Below are positions 50,365-64,000 of a stretch of 64,000 nucleotides of DNA, piece after piece. Made by a program: the position numbers and the translations under genes. Source of the stretch: the human T2T-CHM13v2.0 reference genome, Homo sapiens; the NCBI RefSeq assembly GCF_009914755.1, contig NC_060938.1; one strand, written 5' to 3'. Position 1 is the stretch's first letter. The number at the start of each line of letters is the position of its first letter. Under the pieces are notes generated by a model that was not told where the DNA came from, did no database searches, and saw only the letters and a list, made by a program, of their open reading frames with translations.

Positions 50365-50690
50365 CAGTCAGCCCTCGATATCTGTGGTTCCACATCTGCA
50401 GATTCAACCAACCACAGATAGAAAATATTTGCGGGAAAAAAGCAATACATACAATACAAAAATAACAAAGAAAGCAAGTAAAAAACAGCCAGTATAACAA
50501 CTATTTATGTATTGTTTATGTTGTGTTAGGGATTATAAGTAATCTGGAGATTATTTAAAGTATGCTGGAGGATGTGCATAGGTTATATGCAAATACTGTG
50601 CCATTTTATATAAGCAAGTTAACGTTTGCGGATTTTGGTGTTCCAGGGGAGTCCTGGAATCAATTTCCCACAGATACCAAGGGACAACTG
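50365..50690 (-). mobile_element. MER2 (Tigger-family MITE)
   Basis: TA|CAGTCAGCCCTCG ... CCAAGGGACAACTG termini; internal GGAGGATGTGCATAGGTTATATGCAAATACT. Confidence 0.8.
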
Positions 50691-51493
50691 GATATCTGAT
50701 TTTTCATTATTACAGATAACTAGTAAACATTCTATATGCAGGTTTGATTCTTTTTAGGATAAATTCTAAAGATAGCATTACTAGTTCACATGCAAAACAT
50801 CATTAAAATTTTTAATGCATGTTACCAGATTTTCCACTTTTCAGAAAGATTGTGCTAATTTATCCTAGTAGACATATCCAAATTTAAATATGTAAATGTC
50901 ATAATGGATTCCGCATTTTTTTAAGCTTATTTTGAGTAATCTCAGGTTACGGAAGAGTTGCGTGAATAGTATATAGAACTCCCAGATATCAGTTGTTAAT
51001 GTTTGCCACTTTTGCATTATCATTTTTCCCCTGAATCATTTGACAGTTAGTTATAGACAATATGCTCCTTTATCCCTAAATACTTGTGTGTATTTCCTAA
51101 GAACAAGGACATTCTCATTCGTAGCCTCAGTACAATGATCAAATTCAAGAAGTGTAAGATTGCTGCAGTATTGTTCTCTAATTATAGTACATGTTGAAAT
51201 TGTCTCAATGATGTCCCTTATACTAATTTTCCCCTAATTCAGAGTCCAGTCCAGAATCACACTTTGGTTTCTTGTCACTCTAAATTCCTTTAATCTGGAG
51301 TAGTACTTCAGCCTTTGTGTACCTTTTGTGACACTGACTTGTTTGACATTTGCACACCAATAGCTTCATGGAACTGTTGGGTTTGCCTGATGTTTAGATT
51401 CAGGTTATACGATTTTGGCAGAAATACTATTGTGACTTCATTCTTTCTCAATGTGTTACATCAGAAAGTTTCATTGACTTTACAGTTATATGA

Positions 51494-52103
<610 letters not shown>

Positions 52104-52835
52104 TAAAGTACTGGCAAGGGAATTAGAAAATTCAAATTTTATTAATTACCTTGAAGGCATTAATTTAACCAACTTTGAGTGCCTGTTGTGTGCAAGGTGT
52201 GGCAGTAGGTATATAGAGTAGTACACAAAGAAATAAAACCTGCTTCCTGTTCCCAAGAAGCTTGTCTTTGGGAGAAAGATTGGCAGATACATAACTAATT
52301 GTAATACTTGTCAAAATACAATGGAAACATGAAGACTGGAGAGATTGCTTCTGATTAGGGGAAGCCCACAGAAGAGGTCACACTGGAATTGAGTTATGAG
52401 GGTTAGAATTTCAGCAGATCAATATAGATTTCTTAAGCAAAGGCACAAAGCACGTGATGTGTTTAGGGAATGGGACATCTGGTCTAAGTGGTGTCTCAGG
52501 GTGGGAAAGAGGATACATAGCAGGAGGTGAAACAGGAAAAGCTGAGTAGGACCAGACTAAGGGGAGCCTGGAATGGCCTCTTATCACCTTAACCAGTGAG
52601 CAACTTTTGTTTACTTAGTACAGTAAATAAATGTTACACATTAGTGTAAGATCAGATTTAAGTACTACTTATATTTCTAGGGCAGGTTAGTTTTAGGCCA
52701 ATATTACGAATTCAACCCATGTATGAGACAAGTTAACTTTGCCTGGTTTCATGTTTGTTCACATTCTGTAACCATAACCTTGATTCAGTAGCTCTCATGT
52801 ACTAAAGAAAGACAAGCAGTGCATTTCACTATTAG

Positions 52836-53108
<273 letters not shown>

Positions 53109-53313
53109 TAAAAACTGTGGTTTGAATGTTATATTTCACTTAATGTTCACAAGATAGTATAGAACTCGGTGTAAAACTTGGGAATTGGGAGGGTAACGCT
53201 AGTGAGCCGAGGGGATATAAACCCTGTGTATTAATAAATATGTGTGTCATTACTATTTGACAGACCTGAAATGATGGGATCTCTTTGGAGACCAATAGCA
53301 CACTAAATGTTGA

Positions 53314-53604
<291 letters not shown>

Positions 53605-53948
53605 TGAAAGTTATGTAAAATATGTTACTCTTTAATATCTTTGGGAAAACTGATCTGGATTTTGTAAGTGAGGTAAATTATGTGATAACTTGTTAGTGGT
53701 GCCGCCTCTTGGTCCTGGGACTGTCCAGTGCAGGACTAGCCTTGGTCTGGGTGGAATGGTCAGGGGACAGTGTGAGATTGCTTGAGTAGTCACCCTGATA
53801 GAGCATTAATCTCAGCAGTCGTATACCTTTGATTTCAAATCAAGCCACTTTTGATTTACAGGGAAGGAAATCTACTTGAAATATAAAAATTGAGTTGTAA
53901 TGCATGTGTTTTGTTAACGATATCTATTCTACCTTGTTTAAATAGTGA

Positions 53949-54173
<225 letters not shown>

Positions 54174-54661
54174 TAGAACTAATAATCTGATCAGTAAGTT
54201 ATTGATCTGGCTTTTACGAGATCTTACTTGATAATTTAAATGAAAACTATAGTTTTCACAGATGTACTGTCGTTTTTAACCATTTCCTTTCTTACATCAC
54301 ATCTTATCTTTCCCTCAGTTCCAAGTAATGAAAATTATTCTCCTACACACTTAGCTTTCCCCTTTCCCTTCAGGGGATTTAAGAACATGAAACAGTCTCT
54401 AGGTATGAGCACAGATTCCTTCTTGTTTCCCCACTGCTGGGCTCCATGAGTCATCTCCACGAGTCGGCTGTACAATTGGCACAAAGTCAGGTATGCTTTT
54501 GACAGGCCAGGCAAGAAGGTGGTTTAAGTGAAGCAGTTCTATTTGCCCAGAGGGTTGTGGAAAAAGAACTGGTCAGTACCACTTTCTCTTCCTCTTTTTA
54601 CTTGCCCCTTTCTCTTCTTTGTCTTCCTCCCTATTCTGACAAGTGGCCAAAATGAATTTAG

Positions 54662-55035
<374 letters not shown>

Positions 55036-55585
55036 TCATTATTACAATTATTTTTAAATTCTTTTAAAAACTTTGTAACTTGACTGAGCTGCATTAGCAC
55101 GTACTAGGTCTACAATGTTTGAACACGAGGCATTATTAGGCATTTCTGTTCAACTCTGTGCTCACAAAAGACATGTTAGAACAAGTAATTAAGACAATAG
55201 CAGTTGTCATGTTCTCACTTCCCCCAAAAAACGTATGGTACCCACATCTTAAATGTTAGAGAAAATTGTAAGTAGAAACCTTCCGGTTACTTAGATCACA
55301 TTGCACACATTACATGCGCATTCACTATGCTGAAATGTATACTTTGATTTTTTTAACACCTCTGAAACTTTTGTTTTTTTCCTAATACTTTTTTTGATCT
55401 TATGCCAAAGAAAGTCAATAAATAGATTAGGATCCAAGCACTTTCGTGATTCCATGTCCTTAGTTAGTAATATGTTCACCTAAATTAAGCCATGAATGTA
55501 AAACTTAAATTTTAATGTTTTCAAGGATAAAATTTTAGTTCTTCTAAACTTAATTGTTACTAATAAACGTTAAAATAATATAGAA

Positions 55586-56360
<775 letters not shown>

Positions 56361-56563
56361 ATATAGAAAGCAAAGCAAAGCATGGTAAATTCTCTGAGGC
56401 TGCCACCTTCAGCCTTTAGAGTATGTAGGAATTGACTCATACTCTTAAATAAGCAAAAATGGAGCGCCACTAGGGTTATCCTGTTAATAACGTGTTGTTT
56501 TTTCAAATATGAATAGTTTTTGTCTCGCTAGATATTTTGCAACATCAAAATGTTCCATTGTAA

Positions 56564-56920
<357 letters not shown>

Positions 56921-56996
56921 TAAGACAACCAACCTCAAGACATTGAGATGAAAATATGTCTTAATAATAAGCCTCACTTTTGAAATTATATCCTAG

Positions 56997-57239
<243 letters not shown>

Positions 57240-57249
57240 TAAAAGTTTG

Positions 57250-59234
<1,985 letters not shown>

Positions 59235-59297
59235 TAAAATAAATTTTAAAGCCTTCGTTTGGTCAGCATTTCTTGATTACATATCTTTCTCCTTTAG

Positions 59298-60413
<1,116 letters not shown>

Positions 60414-61027
60414 TGAAGCACAGTAATAGCGAGCTCAGTTAAAACACTAGTTCTCCCGAAGAAGGCATGCATGGTTGATGCAGCATACGGCCATGTGAGC
60501 TGCAAGGGAGGAGGACCCTTTGTACTCACCGGGCTATTTAATGGTGCTGGGTTTTAGGGAGGCCATTAAGTAACAACCTGAGTTTAGAAACAGGTGGAGA
60601 GCTAAAGGACACAGGAGTCCAACAGAGAGCAGAATGCAGTTTTATTGCTGCTACAGCTGAAAGCAGAGCAGGCTCTAGGTCTCAGCCACGAAGGCCTTAC
60701 CCAGAGCCTGCGGCTGCCAGCGGACCAGATGCATACGACAGCGAGGCTGGCTCCCCAGGCACAGGAGGAGCTTAACAGAGCACGTTTACTTCCTTCTCCC
60801 AGATTTACCCATCAGAGGCCACCTCTCCCATTGAGTGGGAGTAAGGGAAGAGAAGCTGGGGAGGCTCCATGCATTTTCCTTTCCTCTGCAAGGACATGCG
60901 AGTGGGGATTAGTGTTCTCACCCCAGCAGCTAGGATTAGCTACTTATGGAAGAACTGTGCCTGGAGCATTTGTCAATGTATAATATTTGAGAAGAATGTT
61001 ATGTGAGAATAAAGGAACAGAGTGTGA

Positions 61028-61261
<234 letters not shown>

Positions 61262-61403
61262 TAGCATTTTCCTCCTTTTTCTTCTGCTGACCCTCCAGTA
61301 AGCTTATTAGTTTGTCACTAAAAAGCATTTTTCCTTGGAAATTATCTGTGATAGTTCAATTCCCCTCCAAAATCTCATTTAACTAGTGATAGAACTGAAT
61401 TGT

Positions 61404-61695
<292 letters not shown>

Positions 61696-62313
61696 AGAAC
61701 CAAATTATGATACTACATGTCAGTACTCACATCAAGTTTAAGTTGGAAGCAGGGAGATAAGAGGGAGGAGAAAGTGTTGCCTTTATTTGCTGGATATTTG
61801 ATAACTTCCTATTTGTCCTTCCTTGCTTTCCTTATGATTCGTGTTACCTTTTCTAGCCCTCCAGGTGTCCTCCTCTGATGACCCTGCCACTCCCCAACAC
61901 CCAATTTAGAAACAGCCACATTCTGCCCCCACCCGTATCCCCGTAGACAAGTGGGGATGGGTAGAAGGTGTGGTATGTGTGCATAAAGCACACTTACCAA
62001 TCCACGCCTTTTCCCACTGGTGGACTTCAGAGAGCACACCAGTGGAGAGTGTTGGGGAGGAGGATATTTTATAGCAGAGGTTACAGGTTGTGAAGGATTG
62101 GTGATTCAGTATCCAAAGATGGAGAAGACAGCCTAACAAGTGATCTGTGGCTGGGAGAAAGTGAGAAAGTGAGATTCTGAGAAGAGAGATATGAAGGCTT
62201 CTAGTCCGGAACTGTGTATCTTTTATCTGAAACACCTACCACTTTCTGATTGACTTGCTTTGTGAGCTAACTTTTAGAAGAAACACTGTTCTCTGATATA
62301 ACGTTGTCTGTAG

Positions 62314-62520
<207 letters not shown>

Positions 62521-63430
62521 TAAAAAACACCTATGGAAAGGTCACTTAGTGTGGACACCTGGCAGATGCCACCTTAACCAGGTGATGAAGGTCAGCCTCA
62601 CCAGTGGCGATGTGCAGGTGTCATGTGCCCTCTGATGTGATGCGATGGGAAGGGCAGGTCACCTCTGCGCTCTTTCTCCAAAATCCCTCACTCTCATGTG
62701 AGATGTTAACATTGGAGAAAGCTGGTGGAGGATATGTGGAAACTCCTTGTACTTCCTTTGAAACTCTCCTGTAAATCTAAAATAATTATTTTAAGTCCTA
62801 AAAAATGAAAAATTAAATTTTAGGAAAAAAACTACACTGGAAAAAAACTTCTTACCATTCATGCAATAAATTATTTCAAGAACTGCATGTAATCCACCAG
62901 AAGTCAGTGTTCAGACCATGACATTGAAACGTACTCCACTGTTTTAACAAAGGTCTCAGTTCACATCCCCGGGAAGAAGGTGGCAACACAGTGGCCACCA
63001 CACGGAGTAGTAGTCTGTGCCTCCCGAGCCATCTCTTTCGCATTTGTGTGGAGCTTAGCAAGCTTTCTAAACAACTGAATAATTCTGTCAACTAGCACTG
63101 TGTAAGTAGGCCCTATCTGCTGCTATTGGTGGTGGTTACAAAGGAATCCACCTTACAGTAAGTGTTTATAGTATTTGTGTTATATTTACCAATAAAAAGG
63201 ACTCACAAAACAGTAAAAACCTTGATCTGGGAGAAACAGTTGGCTTTTTTCCCCTACCTACACTTTACCTTTTTATTTTTTTCCCTTACACTTGAAAAAT
63301 GTTTTCACTGTTGAATATTTCTGTTTCCACCTTTGAATATTACTATTATTGGATATTCATCCCCAGAGCATACTTTTTAAAATACCAAGTCCCAGAGAAG
63401 CAAATGAGTGTTTCTAAATTGATACAATTA

Positions 63431-63774
63431 CAGTCATGCACTGCAAAATGACATTTCAGTCAACGACAAGACCACATATACAATTGTGGTCCCGACGATT
63501 ACAATACCATATTTTTACTGTACCTTTTCTATGCCGACATATGTTTAAATACACAAATACTTACCATTGTGTTCCAGTTGCCTACAGTATTCAGTACAGT
63601 AACATGCTGTACAGATTTGTAGCCTGGGAGCAATCGGCCATGCCACATAGCCTAGGTGGGCAGCGGGCTGTCATCTAGACTTGTGTAGGTACATGCTGTG
63701 GAGTTTGCACAGTGATAGAATCGCCTCACCGTGATTCTCAGAACGTATCCCTGTTGTTAAGCAACACATGACTA
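63431..63774 (+). mobile_element. Tigger3/MER7-type MITE
   Basis: TA|CAGTCATGC ... CACATGACT termini; internal GCCTACAGTATTCAGTACAGTAACATGCTGTACAG. Confidence 0.8.
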
Positions 63775-64000
63775 TCTAGTGGAGACGAAGTTGGAATTCT
63801 TGTTGAGTGTAAAGCACTGGCAGGTGGCACAGACTTACCTGACCTTGGTCAACCTAAATCATTGCCTGACAACTGATAACCTGAGTGGTATCACTGCTTC
63901 AGTGGTGCTAGTTTCTCGGGTCTCAAGGTCGTTATATTGAGACATCGTCATATACTTAGGCCAAACCAGATGAAAGTTCATTGAGTACCTGTTGTGTGTT

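Overview
Human (primate) genomic DNA, recognisable as the PPP2R5C-DYNC1H1 region of 14q32.31. Bases 1-~1600 are an AT-rich terminal 3' UTR with clustered poly(A) signals; the PPP2R5C assignment rests on recalled gene order, since no coding exon is present. About 36 kb of very Alu-dense intergenic DNA follows, with LTR, L1, L2 and DNA-transposon relics and two orphan CpG islands. Next come the CpG-island promoter and coding exons 1-10 of DYNC1H1 (+ strand). They splice at GT-AG junctions into 2868 nt of uninterrupted frame (956 aa of the dynein-1 heavy chain tail), and the gene runs off the right edge. Almost all other ORF-track entries are Alu or GC-rich artefacts. I see no convincing new multi-gene system. 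The most notable signals are: (1) an NDUFA4 retrocopy in DYNC1H1 intron 1 with ancestral rather than human residues; (2) a BC200 RNA retrocopy in an Alu tail; (3) a twin-primed L1 with a large internal gap, plus a 98-bp near-identical orphan copy of part of it 1.7 kb away; (4) a head-to-head Alu pair sharing a private 137-bp conversion-like tract; (5) a motif-rich orphan promoter at ~21.5-22.5 kb; (6) a 40-bp direct repeat flanking an Alu. Repeat family names come from memory of consensus sequences, and repeat boundaries are approximate.
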